IMG/VR virus record: IMGVR_UViG_3300014822_000022
Location: 1-61,851 of that record
DNA length: 61,851 bases
Reading direction: 5' to 3' (one strand)
Source: a virus
Lineage: Duplodnaviria; Caudoviricetes
The position numbers and the translations under genes are program-made. Below the pieces are notes generated by a model. That model was not told where the DNA came from. It saw nothing but the letters and a program-made list of their open reading frames with translations, and searched no databases. Shown one piece after another: positions 9,550 to 21,700 of the stretch (positions within the stretch are counted from its first letter, which is position 1; each line of letters opens with the position of its first letter).

Positions 9550-11358
9550 ATGGCTCTAAAGGATGATGTTCAGCAGCAGATAGACAGGAATGTCTCTTGG
9601 GCCGACGACGCCATCAACAATGCGAATTCGTTTCTCAATTACCTCAACGATGTTGTCCGCTACAGAAGCATCTCCTATGCTACTCCGGTCACATTCAACG
9701 AGATTAGCTTTTCGATTGACCAGATTGCAGACACATTCACCGAAACGCTAACCATTGATGACATTCCCTCACTGAACGCGACATACACGCCGGGGGCTAT
9801 TTACCAGCCAAACATCATCACTGTGCCTGTGCTGGAAGCAGTGCCGCCAGTTGTCACCATGCCAACGCCGCCAGATGCCAATATGCCGGCAACACCTCCG
9901 ATGCCGCCTGTGCTGGAAAACATCGTCATTCCCGACACCCCGGCCACCACGCTGCCGCCGGCGCCGACAATTCAGGACATCATCATTCCTGAGCCGCCAT
10001 CTATTACCTTGCCTGTGTTTGATGGCGCGCTTCCAGACCTGCAACTGACACCGCCGGATGTTCGCTTCGAGTACAACGAGGTTCCATATTCGAGCGAACT
10101 ATTGACCAAACTGGCCGCATTTCTGTCAAGAAAGCTCGATGGCGGCACCGGTCTTGCTCCAGATGTTGAGGCGCAGATTTGGGATAGAGCGCGGTCGCGC
10201 GAGGGCGTGGTTAGCGATGCCGCAATAACCAAGATGATTGAGAGCATGGCGGCCCTTGGCTTTGATGCACCTCCGGGCGCGGTTGAGAGGCGCATTGCTG
10301 AGGCTCAGCGCGAAGCGGAACTCAAGGCATCGTCTCTATCGCGCGATATTGCCATCAAGCAGGCCGAGCTTGAGCAGGAGAACGATAAGGTCTTTGCCTC
10401 TCTCGCGCAGCAGTTCGAGAGCATGTTGATTGCTCATTCCGACAATGTTGCCAACAGGGCGCTGGATGTGGAGAAGGCCCGCGTCGAGTTTGCGATTTCA
10501 ATCTTCAACACACATGTGGCCCGGTACAACGCTGAGATTGCCCGCTATCAGGCACAGGCTCAGGTCTTTTCGGAGTTGGTTCAGGCCGCCCTTGCCAACG
10601 CACAGATTTACCGGACGCAGGTGGAGGCCGCAAAGCTCAATGTTGATATTCAGCAGGCGTACATTGAACTCTATCTCGCTCAGTTGAAAGGAATTGACTC
10701 GATTGTCGGCATTTACAGGACGGAAATGGAGGCGGCCAACGTCAGAATGGAAATCGAGCGCAACAAGGTTGAGGCGTTCCGCGCACAGATTTCAGCATAT
10801 CAATCGCTCGTCCAGTCCAAGGTTGCGGAGTTCGAGATGTACACCGCACAGGTGAATGGAGAAAAGGCCAAGGTCGATGTTTACAGTGAACAGGTGAAAG
10901 CCTTTACCGCCGAAGTGGAGGCGCAAAAGGTGGCGGCGAACATCGAGGAATCGAAAGTGCGCGCTTCCGTTGAGGCCGAGCGCGCAAACATTGAAAGCTA
11001 CAAAGCCACGGTCGATGGGTATATGGCAACACTCAGAGCGACAGAGGCGGCTATTCGTGGTAAGATTGGCAAGTATGAGGCTGACATCAAAGCCTTTGAC
11101 GCTGGCATTAGGGCCAAGATTGCAAATGCAGACGCGCAGGCGAAGGATGCCGACATCAAGCTGCGACAGGAAATCGCAAAAATTGAGTTCAGCATGCAGG
11201 ATGCAATCGAGACCACCAAGCGCTTCATCAAGGAGGCCGAGATTGATGTGCAGGCCGCTGAGTACGGCGCTAACGTGTACGGCAATATCGCTCAGGCTGC
11301 GGCACAGGGCGCAACTTCTATCATTCAGATAGGCGCTCAAGAAATTACGCAAGCGTAA
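9550..11358 (+). CDS. Virion protein with Pro-rich linker and long coiled coil
   Basis: 602 aa; Pro-rich N-half, Ala/Gln/Glu helical C-half; RBS. Confidence 0.65.
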   Translation: MALKDDVQQQIDRNVSWADDAINNANSFLNYLNDVVRYRSISYATPVTFNEISFSIDQIADTFTETLTIDDIPSLNATYTPGAIYQPNIITVPVLEAVPPVVTMPTPPDANMPATPPMPPVLENIVIPDTPATTLPPAPTIQDIIIPEPPSITLPVFDGALPDLQLTPPDVRFEYNEVPYSSELLTKLAAFLSRKLDGGTGLAPDVEAQIWDRARSREGVVSDAAITKMIESMAALGFDAPPGAVERRIAEAQREAELKASSLSRDIAIKQAELEQENDKVFASLAQQFESMLIAHSDNVANRALDVEKARVEFAISIFNTHVARYNAEIARYQAQAQVFSELVQAALANAQIYRTQVEAAKLNVDIQQAYIELYLAQLKGIDSIVGIYRTEMEAANVRMEIERNKVEAFRAQISAYQSLVQSKVAEFEMYTAQVNGEKAKVDVYSEQVKAFTAEVEAQKVAANIEESKVRASVEAERANIESYKATVDGYMATLRATEAAIRGKIGKYEADIKAFDAGIRAKIANADAQAKDADIKLRQEIAKIEFSMQDAIETTKRFIKEAEIDVQAAEYGANVYGNIAQAAAQGATSIIQIGAQEITQA

Positions 11359-11363
11359 GGGGA

Positions 11364-12791
11364 GTGGGTATGGATGTGTTCGATTTCAGGAAGAAAGGAC
11401 TCGGAAGAGCCGCAACATCAAGCATTCAGGAGCCCAAACTGTCCGACTCCGGCGAAACGGTGAAACAGCGCGTGGAGCGCGTGACGGGAGTGTCACGCAA
11501 ACCGCTCAACTACAAGCCGCGTCCGGCAAGCAACCCATTCCTTCGGTCTAACGATGAATACAGACAGGCTGCGAAAGTCATGGCGCGAGACTTGTCGAGA
11601 AAGTTTGGCCCGACATTGAAGAATGTCGGAAGCAAGATTGCAACCAGCGCACGATTCGCAAAGGGGCTTGCGCTCAATCCGGTGACGGCGGCGGCGTTGC
11701 TTCCCGAGGCGGTGGCGTCAACTGCGGCTGCGGCACACAGTGTCAGGCCGTTCGAGAAAAACGATGTGCGCGGAGGTGGAAACCCGCTGGCCGCAAATTT
11801 TGGGCGGTTCCCGCATGACGCAGACCTGTCGCCGGAGGTAAGTGCCGATATTGGCCGGGTTCTGCGCGCCTCACCAGACAAACACGTTGCCATGAAGAGC
11901 GAGAAGCCGCCGATGTTTGCCGAGCGCAAACAGGGAGAGGCTGCGGCCGAGCAACAACCGGAGTCACAGCAGCCGGCCGTGGGGCCTGCTACGACGCAGG
12001 GGACGGAAGCAGCCCTACCCCCGCTCGTGGAGATGTCGCCGGAAGAGCGCGCCAAGATGGATGCAGGCATGTACCCGGGCGAGACGCGCGAGAACACCAA
12101 CAAGCGCGGAATTGCACCCATATCCGCAAGCGGAACCTCCTTTGTCGAAGACAACGGAGCCATTCAGAGGTTTGCGCTCGGCCTTGGTAGGAAGAGTCAG
12201 GAAGAATTCAACGCCGGCCTGAACAACCCTTATGTTGGCGGACAGGCAAGTGTCATGTCTGGAACAATCAATGGCCGGCCGATGGAAGAGGTTGCAGCCG
12301 AGCGACGCGCGGCTGCCGCAGCAGGCTTGGGCAGACAGAACCAAACCAACATGATGGCCAAGTACCAGCAGAAACTGGAAGAGCTTTCCCGCGCTCCGAC
12401 AAGGGCTGTCGCAAACCGAATCAAGGCCGAGCTCGACGCCATGAGGCCGCTCATTTTTGGCTCGGGGGATAAGGGGGAGGCCGCGCTGAACGCCGCTCGA
12501 ACGAAGGCGGAGCAGGCCAAGATTGAAAAACTGAATGCAGAGACCTTGAAGTTAAAGAATGAGGCTGAGCAGGGGCGCACTTCAACCAAATCGTTCAAAG
12601 CCATTCGGGATAAGTATCTCGATGTCCTCAAAGAGGCTCCAGACATGGCTAGGGAGTTTGCGGAAACCCTGTACGGCCCAATGACAGATGAGCAGTTCAG
12701 CATCTGGAGCAAGGGCATGGCTTCTGGCACACCTTTCAGCATTCAGGATTGGGAAGAGGTGAAATCGAAATATCCAGCTAAGGAGGCTTAG
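11364..12791 (+). CDS. Probable internal virion (ejection) protein
   Basis: 475 aa low-complexity helical protein directly before the giant gene. Confidence 0.5.
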   Translation: MGMDVFDFRKKGLGRAATSSIQEPKLSDSGETVKQRVERVTGVSRKPLNYKPRPASNPFLRSNDEYRQAAKVMARDLSRKFGPTLKNVGSKIATSARFAKGLALNPVTAAALLPEAVASTAAAAHSVRPFEKNDVRGGGNPLAANFGRFPHDADLSPEVSADIGRVLRASPDKHVAMKSEKPPMFAERKQGEAAAEQQPESQQPAVGPATTQGTEAALPPLVEMSPEERAKMDAGMYPGETRENTNKRGIAPISASGTSFVEDNGAIQRFALGLGRKSQEEFNAGLNNPYVGGQASVMSGTINGRPMEEVAAERRAAAAAGLGRQNQTNMMAKYQQKLEELSRAPTRAVANRIKAELDAMRPLIFGSGDKGEAALNAARTKAEQAKIEKLNAETLKLKNEAEQGRTSTKSFKAIRDKYLDVLKEAPDMAREFAETLYGPMTDEQFSIWSKGMASGTPFSIQDWEEVKSKYPAKEA

Positions 12792-12794
12792 TCG

Positions 12795-15700
12795 GTGGCT
12801 GATTTCGAGAATGGCTTGAAGCCGAAGGACCAGTTTGTCCCAACAAAGAGGGTGAACCCACTGCTTTCACTCATCGAGGGTGAACGTCAGCAGACATCGC
12901 CGGAGGCTGCCCCGACAGTCAATCCCTTAGCGTCAATCAAGCCAACGCCGGCGCCGGCAGAACCACAGAGCCCGGCATCGGGGCTGGCAGGCGGTGTCGC
13001 TGACTTCTCGAAGGGGTTGGCCGGTGGTGTGTTTGAGACGGGCGGAATGATTGGCGATACCGCCACGTTCGCGTCCAGAGGGCTTGCTGGCAGAAAGGAT
13101 GCCGAAGCCGGCAAGGGATTGGCCGACGCATCACGCAGGACTGCTGAAAAGCTCGGGTTGGTTCAATCCGAAGAGGGCAAGAAGGCTGCGGAAGACCCGT
13201 TCAGCGTAAGGGGCGCGGCCTTCTCCGCCGGTCAGATGGTGGCACCAAGTATCGCCATGCCTCTGGCGTTTGCCGCCGCCGGACGGAAGATTGCGGGAAT
13301 CAAGGGCGCCGCCATCGGCGGGTTGCTCGGATTTGGCGCATCAATCGCCACGTTCTTCGGAAATCAGGCCAAGTCCACATACGACAAGGTTTTTGAGGCC
13401 AAGAAGCGCGCCGGGTTGGATGATGAGGCCGCTCATGACGAGGCTATTGCAGCGGGCGTCAAGACCGGCGCCATCGAGGCGGCCGGAGAGACGGCGGCCG
13501 ACTATCTCACGTTCAAACTGTTCAGGCTCCTTCCGTCTGGCGTCAAAGAAAACGTGGTCCGCGCGGCCACAAAGGCAATTCGAAACCCTTGGGAGATGGC
13601 GAAAGATATTGCCATCAATACATCAGGGCAGGTTGGCACCGAGATTGCACAGGCCGCCGGCCAGCAGGCAGTAGAGGCAAACGCCGGCGCAGAGGAGGCC
13701 CCTTCGTGGGATTCGGTCAAGGGCGTCATTGTGCCGGCCGCAATCATGTCTATTTTCATGTTCGGTGGCGGCGAGATGGTTGGCTCCATGCGCAGAAGGG
13801 ATGCGTCCAAGGCCCTATCCGACCCCGAAACGCCAGTGGAAAAGCGGCGAGAGGCCATGTTTGCAGTTGCAAATGAGGTGGCCAAGCACGACCCGGCTCT
13901 GGCCGAAAGGTTCATTCAGGATGCCAACACCTCAATCAATCAGGGCAAGCCCGTTATTCCCGATGAGGACGAGGTGTATGCCGAAGAGAAGCGCATGGTC
14001 GCACGTCAGGAAGCGCGAATCAGGGCGCGCGCCTCCAAGGACAGCAGGAAGCGCGTGGCATCAATCCCTGATGAAAAGCTCTATGACGCACTGGTGTCTG
14101 AGAATGACAGGCTTGAGAAGGCCATGCAGTCCGGCGATGAACACGGCATTGCCATGGCGTCTGAGGCAATCGCGCTAATCAACGGCAGGCTGGACAAGGC
14201 GGAGGCCGCCGGTAAGCCAATCTCTCAAAGCGTTGACGACCTGAGCCGCGATATTGGTGCTCAGGTGGATGAGGCACTGTCATCTCCAGATGTGTTGCAG
14301 AGGCAGTCTCAGGAAAATGAGAGCGCCGAGGGCTCTGCCGAGCCGACAGCACAAAGGTCAAAAGACATTGAAAATAAAGATGTCGAGGCCAGTAGCAAGG
14401 CCGAGCCGGAGGTGCAGAATGATAGTGAAGACACCACAGGGCTATCAGGTGAGAAGCCACAGCGGGAAGAATCTGTCCAAGCCAAACCTGACGAAAGCGG
14501 AAGCAATCAGGAGGCTAAGGCAGGTGGAAATGTTCAAGAGGGGGTTGAAGAAGGGGGCACTTCACCCGCTGCACAAGAAGAATCCAAGGTAAAATCCGCC
14601 GAGGAAAAAACCGTTGACGATTTGGCCGACCTCCTTGGCATCAACGATAAGACTCGGAAGAAGGGGCGTAAGCCCGAGAAAAACAAGACCGCCAAGCCCG
14701 AGACCCCGGAGCAGCCGGAGCAGCCCGAGGCCGCCAAGCCCGAGACCCCGGAGCAGCCCGAGGCCGCCAAGCCCGAGACCCCGGAGCAGCCGGAGACCCC
14801 GGAGGTCGCCAAGCCCGAGACCCCGGGGGTAGCGATTGATGCGGAGGCGCTTGCTGAGAAGGAGGCCGAATACAAGCGGCTCGCCGACATCAGGTATCGT
14901 CTGAAAACAAAAGAGCTCGACACCAAGAGTGCGCTCAAGGAGGCCGGCGTTAAGCGCCGCGCGCATCTTGACCAGAGGATAAGCGAACTGGCCGATGAAA
15001 TCAGCGCACTCAAGAGGGGTGAGGGAGCTCAGGAGAAGAAGACACAGGAGCCCGAGCCATCCAAGCGGGCCAAGCCACACGGGGACGAGGCAGCAAAGCG
15101 CGCTGAGAAAGCCCGCGAGTCAGGTGGAGACGCGATTGACGTTCTCACTTCGCTTCTTGAGGGCGATACCGGAGGGAAGACTGGACCACACCATCCGCCA
15201 AAGAAGGTGACTCGACCAAAGAAAGAAGAGAAGAAGACGACGACTTCCAGCGAGACATCGGACGAGAAGAAGTCACCCGAGCAGCTTGCCGCAGAGGTTG
15301 GCGAATCGAAGAAGAAGCTGCGCAAGCGGTTCGAGGAACACCTTGCGACGCTCGATAAGGAAGTGCGCAAGGCATTCGATATTGATAAGCCGCGCGCCCT
15401 GAGCGTCAAGAACAAGACACTCACCAGCACGGACGGCAAATACAAGCTGGTCTGGCGCGTCAGGAAGAACCCCGAAGCCGAGATTTCACCGGATAACGAG
15501 CAGCGCGAAGACGGTTATGTGGAGCTTGTCACCAAGGAGAAAAAGAAGAAGCAGAGCAAAGCTGAGCTTGAGCAAAGTCGGCGGCTGAAACTCATCGGCA
15601 TGGGTGCTGACGTGCGGCGCTACATGGGCCGCAAGGTCAGAATTGAGGGGTCTCCAGAGGTGGTTGTCAAGCAGTTGGTCAAGATGACGCTGCGCAAGTC

Positions 15701-18700
15701 AAACTGGATAATCAAAAAGACCGACTCCAACACCTTTGGTCAGGAGCGGTATCTTACCATGTTGCGGGATGAGATGCTGCCAACATGGCAGGAGTGGTAT
15801 GGCTTCACGCTTGGCGCATCTCGCCGGCGTTGGGGCACAAAGCCGCTCGACGCCATCATTCAGAAGGCTTCCACACCGGAAGGGATGGACGAGGTGCGCA
15901 ATTCCGCCGCCGACTACATGTCAGTGCTGACTCAGTTGGAAGGGGCTGTGTCAAACGCCGGCAATGTCTATGAGGCCAGAAAGGCACTCATTGAGGCGCT
16001 GTTCTTCCGCCCCGAGCAGTTGGAAGATGAAGATGCGGCCAAAAAGGCTGAGAGGCTGCACGAGTGGCTGGAAGACCCGGAAGCGTCCATATACGAGACA
16101 TCAGCAATCAGCAGCACGGACATTGCAACAGGCCTTGGCAAGAAGGTCTTAGAATATGTCGATGGCCCACGAAAGTATAATGATGCCAAGCAATATGTCG
16201 CTTGGTGGCTGCGCAAAAAGACCGCTGATGACTATGCCAAGTCAGAGCATGCCGAGTACAAGAAGAAGAAGAACTTTGCGACAACAAAGCGTGTGAAGCT
16301 GAGCGACATTCACCGCTCGGAAGACCTGCCGGACTATTGGCTTATGGACGGCATGGACAAACTGGATGCCACGCCGCCAGAAGAGGACATTGAAATCGCC
16401 AAGAAGCTCGCTGGATTGGGTGAATCGAGCGCAAAGGATGGGGAGTATGGTGCGCTCCTAGCGAAATTCAAGGGTTCTGAGCTTGAGCGCGCCATCGTCA
16501 AGAAGTTCGGTCTGGCCGGAATCGGATACGGGCAGTATGTGAATCGTGAGGAACAGGCGCTGTTCTTGCGGCATCTGTACAACTCGCTGCACGACTACGC
16601 CGAGATGAATGGCATTCCAACGGAGGCTGTTGGGCAGGGTGGCAAACTGAGAATCGCGTATGGCGCGCGCGGGCATGGCCGCTTCGCGGCTCATTACGAG
16701 CCCGGCACGCGAATCATCAACCTGACGAAAGATAAGGGCGATGGCTCCCTGCTGCATGAGCATTCGCATTCCCTTGAGAATGGTCATGGCCTTACAGGCC
16801 CGGCCGCCGATAAGGCCATGAGCGACATGTACACCATCCTGAAAACATCGTTCAACGATGAGAAGATGGACGAGGTTCTTGAGGAAATCCTTGCCGGCAA
16901 GCGATACACCCCAAGGCGAAGGGGGCGCAAGGAGCAACTGCTGAATGCAGCCAAGTCTTTCCTGAAAGGCGAATGGAAGGATGCAGATTATGGCGTCATT
17001 AGCGAGACAGACTTCTTCGCAAACGCAAAATCGTTAGGGGAATACTGGTCTCGCGCTGCGGAGCTTTGGGCGAGAGCGAACGAGGCCCGTGGCGCCATCA
17101 AGCTCGGTGATTCATCGCCATTCCTTGTTGGCTCCCACGCCAACATGAACTCGCCTGATGGTTGGCGTGAAGAAAATGGGTATATCGGTTCGCCATACCC
17201 CACCGGAGAAGAAGCGGAGGCGTTCTCTCAGGCCATCGACTACCTCTGGCATAACGTTGAGACTGTCGAGAACGAAGATGGCTCAGTATCCCTCGTCATC
17301 AACAAGTACGAGAGCCTTATCGACGCCAAGATGGACCAGCTTCAAGAGCGAGCAGACAAACTGCTTGAGAAACTGAGTGAGATGTATGACGCGCTCAACG
17401 CACCCAAGTCCAAGGATGGTCTTCATTGGTACAGGTTCACTTTCGGCTCTCGCGGAAAGAACATGCAGCCGAACGGCTACTATGCATTCGACGATGCAGA
17501 AAACACCGTGGGGTACGCGAGGATTCTGGAGCAGAACGAGCTTGATATGTTTGGTCTGGAAGGCATCACCTTCGAGGCAACGGACAAGACGGTGTACCTA
17601 AAGGAGGTCTTCGATGAAGGGAATGGTGAAGGCGCACTGGAAAAAGTATCGCCCGAACATGGTGGCGCACATGGTGAGGAAAGGGATTCTGAATCAGGCT
17701 CTGGAAATGGCGATAGACAAGGCGGCCCGGGAGAAGGCGAGGCTGGCGTCGGCGGTTCCGGCAAGTCTGAGTCCGCAGGAAAGGGCGGGGGCAATGGAGT
17801 CGATACGGCAAGAAGTGAACAGCATGTATCTGATGCTGCCGGAGGAAGAGGCGGTGCCGAAACTGCCGAGAAATCGAGACCCGCTGGACGGGATTACCGC
17901 CTGACAGGCAGCGATACAACGCTTCACGCAGACAAAGACGCTGAGTTCAAGGCGAGCATTGCAGCCGTGAGGGCGCTGATGGCGCTTGACGGCAGAAAGG
18001 CGACAGCCGAGGAACAGGCGGACATTGCGCCGTACTCGGGCTTCTACAACACGGTAAACGACTATTATTTCAGGTATGCCGACAGTGTGCAGCGAGCCAT
18101 GCTTGAATCGACCTTGCCGCAGGAGATGTTCGAAGAGCTCAGGAGGCAGCAGAATGGATGGCAGTTCATCCCTGCCGAAATGTTGCTGGCCATCTATGAC
18201 TCGCTCGAAACCATGGGCTTCGAGGGCGGCAAGGTTGCCCACATCAACACGGGCGCCGGCCGCAGTGCCGGTATGATGCCGGAGGGCATGCGTAAGAATT
18301 CGAGCAATGTCATCATTGAGCGCACAACCCTCGACAGGATGGTTGCTAAGGCTCTGTATCAGAAATCGAAGGTGATGGACAAGGGGCTTGCCGAGACAAA
18401 TCTTGCGCGCGGCTTCTTCGATGGCGTCATCATCAATGCGATTGGCGGAGAAGAATATGCCAAAGACACGGCATTCAACAAGACGGGCATGTCAACTTGG
18501 ACCTATGCCTTCTCCAAGGCTCTCAGCGCAACTGCGGAAGGCGGTGTTGTTGTCGGAATCACGGATAGCGGCATGCTTGGGGATGATACTGCCAAGTCAA
18601 CGCTCGCTCGTAGCGGTGAGCTCATTGCTGGCATCAGGCTCTCTCCACAAAAGGGCTTTGACGATGGGTTCCACAGGTTCGACATCCTGTTCTTCAAGGC

Positions 18701-21700
18701 AACGAAAAATCCAACCGGAACCTACCTGACGGACAAGAGGGACTACTTCGAAGAGCACCCCGAGATGGTTATCGGCTCGCCGGTGCCACATTCCCTGATA
18801 ATCGAGAGAAGGCACGGGGAGACACCGAGCGATGCTGCCCGCAAGATGCCAGCAGGAGCCCTGAAAAAGGAAGAGGTGAAGTTCGAGAGGCCGGACCCTT
18901 ACGAGAACATTCTGGATGAGAACGAGGTTTTTGAGGGCAGTTTCACCGAGAAGGACGGCAAACTTTATCAGCGCCTTGAAGGCAAGGATGTCGAGGTGTC
19001 TGTGTCCGGGGCGAAGGAAAAGCTCATCAAGGATATGATTGGGCTGCGCGGCATTCTCCGAAGCTATTACCGCAAGGCGTTCTCAGGCGAAGACTCGGAA
19101 GCCGAGCGCAAGAAGCTCAACAAGGCATACGATGCTTTTGTGAAGAAGCACGGCGCGTTGTCCAGCCCGAAGAATATCGCCGCGCTCGACTCAGACCCGG
19201 ATTACCCGCGCCTGATGGCAATCGAGAATTACGACTTCATCGAGGACAAGGCAGAGAAGACAGAGGTGTTCTTCAAGGCTCCAAGCCTCGTGAACGGCAC
19301 GCCTGACCATGTTGATAGTGCAAAAGAGGCGCTGAAATGGTCTCTGAACGACATTGGCCACATCGACTTCGACTACATGCGCAAGCTGACCGGCAAGACG
19401 CCGCAGCAGTTGCAGCTTGAGCTCGCCGGTGAGATTTACAACAGCCCCGAGACGGGTTGGGAGACGAAGGAGGAATACCTCTCCGGCAATATCGCGTACA
19501 AACTGGAGGTGGCCAAGGCAGCCGCCGAGGTTCAGCCAGATGTCTTTGGAATCAACGTCAAGGCGCTCGAACTGGCTATGCCGACCCCACTTCGCCCGGA
19601 GGAAATCAAGGCAAAGCTCGGCGCATCATGGATTCCAGATGATATTGTAAACGACTTCATATCCTATATTGCGCCGTTCTCAAGCATCAGCGTTCGCGGC
19701 AACCGCATAACTGGAATGTGGAAGCTCGGCTCGCGATACGCGAGCAGCAAGAGCGCAGAGAAGCGAATCATACGCGATGAGAAACAGTCAACTGTTGCCA
19801 CGGCGGAATGGGGTACATCCTATAAGAATGGGGATTTTTTCAGCTTGCTTCTGACCACGTTGAACGGAGGCGTGGCGCGCGTACCCAAAGACCCGGCCGG
19901 CACAAGGGCTGTACAAGTGGCTCAGGAGCGCATCAAAGCCGAGTTCGAAACTTGGGCTATGGCTGATGAAGAGAGAGCCAAGAAGCTCGCTGACATCTAC
20001 AACAAGACTTTCAACAGTTATGTTGAGCCGGAATACTCGGCAGAACACCTGACCTTTCATGGAATGTCGCGCTTTATCGAGCTACGCAAGCACCAGAAGC
20101 GCGCTGTCTGGCGTTCGGTTGTCGATGACAATGTGTACTTTGCCCACGAGGTAGGCACCGGCAAGACGTACACCATGATTGCCAGTGCGATGGAAAACAA
20201 GCGGCTCGGCAAGGTCAAGAAACCTGTTATCGCCGGCCTGAATGCAAACATCGACATTATCAGGCGAGACATCTTCCGGCTGTATCCGACTGCTAGAGTT
20301 GATTTTATCTTTGTGCCGACAGATACGCAGGGAATACAGAAGGCAATTAGGAAAATCCAAGCCTCCAATGCGGACATCATCGTGATGAACCACGGCTCGC
20401 TATCCAGATTGTCTGTGTCCGGCACATACAAGGTCTCAATGCTGATGCAGGAAAAGGCCCGCCTCGAAGACGCCCTTGGCGCCGAGCGGTTTGGCGGGAG
20501 CGACGACATCAGGAACTCAATCACGCGAGCGATTAAGAATCTCGAAGAGCAAATCGAGGAAGCCAAAAATGAGGCTTTTGGCAATCCTCTGTCATTCGAG
20601 GATACTGGCATCGACATGGTTCTGATTGACGAGGCGCATGAGTTCAGGAAGCTCAGCGGCAAGTCGGCACTCGAAAGCCGTGGTGTCAAAGGCATTGATA
20701 TGAAGGGGCCGGAGTCATCCACGCGGGTGTTCGAGCAAACGCAATATCTGGCGGACAACGGTGGCAAGGTTGTGTTTGCGTCGGGCACTCCGATTGTGAA
20801 CTCCGTGACCGAACTGCATTCGATTTCGCGGTATCTGCAACCGGATAGGTTGAGAGCCCTGAATATCTACAACTTCGACCAGTGGGCTTCGACGTTCGGA
20901 AACATCGGAACCACGATTGAATACAGGCCGGAAGGTGGCGGATACGAAGAAATCGTCATGTTCAAGGGCTTCGACAACGTGCCTGAGATGGTAGGTATCG
21001 TTCGGGAGGTCATGGATACCGTCACCTCAGAGCAGATGGTAGCCGAAGCCAAAAAGGCTGGAGAGAAAATCTCCATACCGGGCGTCAAGGGCGGAGAGCC
21101 GAAGGTTGTGGTTGTCCCGCAGACTCCAGAGCTTGAGAAGTACACCAAGGAAACCCTTATCCCGATGGTGCGCACCATCAAGGAGTCACCGAAGGAGGCC
21201 GCCGCAAGGGGCTTCAACATGCTCAAGGTGACGACCGACAGCAGGAAGGCCGCGCTGGATACGCGACTGGTTGACTCCAGCCTCATTCCGAGCGGTGAGA
21301 CCAAAGCATCCATGGCCGCGAAGAATGCGCTCAAGGAGTGGGAAGCATCGAAGGACATCAAGGGCACGCAGTTGTTCTTCCTCGACACCTCGATTCCGGC
21401 CAAGGACCGCTTCAACGTCTATCAGGAAATCAAGGACAAGCTGATGGAGGGCGGTGTTCCCGAAAAGGAAATCGCATTCATCCACGACTATGGCAATGAG
21501 CGCAAGCGGATGAGGCTGTTTCACGATGTAAACAAGGGAAGCGTGCGTTTCCTGATTGGCTCGACCGAAAAAATGGGGACCGGCACAAACGTACAGGAGC
21601 GCGTTGTTGCCGTTCACCATATCGACATCAGATTCAACATTGCAGCCTATATTCAGCGCAACGGGCGCGCATACAGGCAGGGCAATATCAATAGCGACGT

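Noticed and set aside
14691-14827. Repeat array as possible CRISPR
   Set aside because: Units are in-frame coding repeats with no unique spacers, and no cas genes are present
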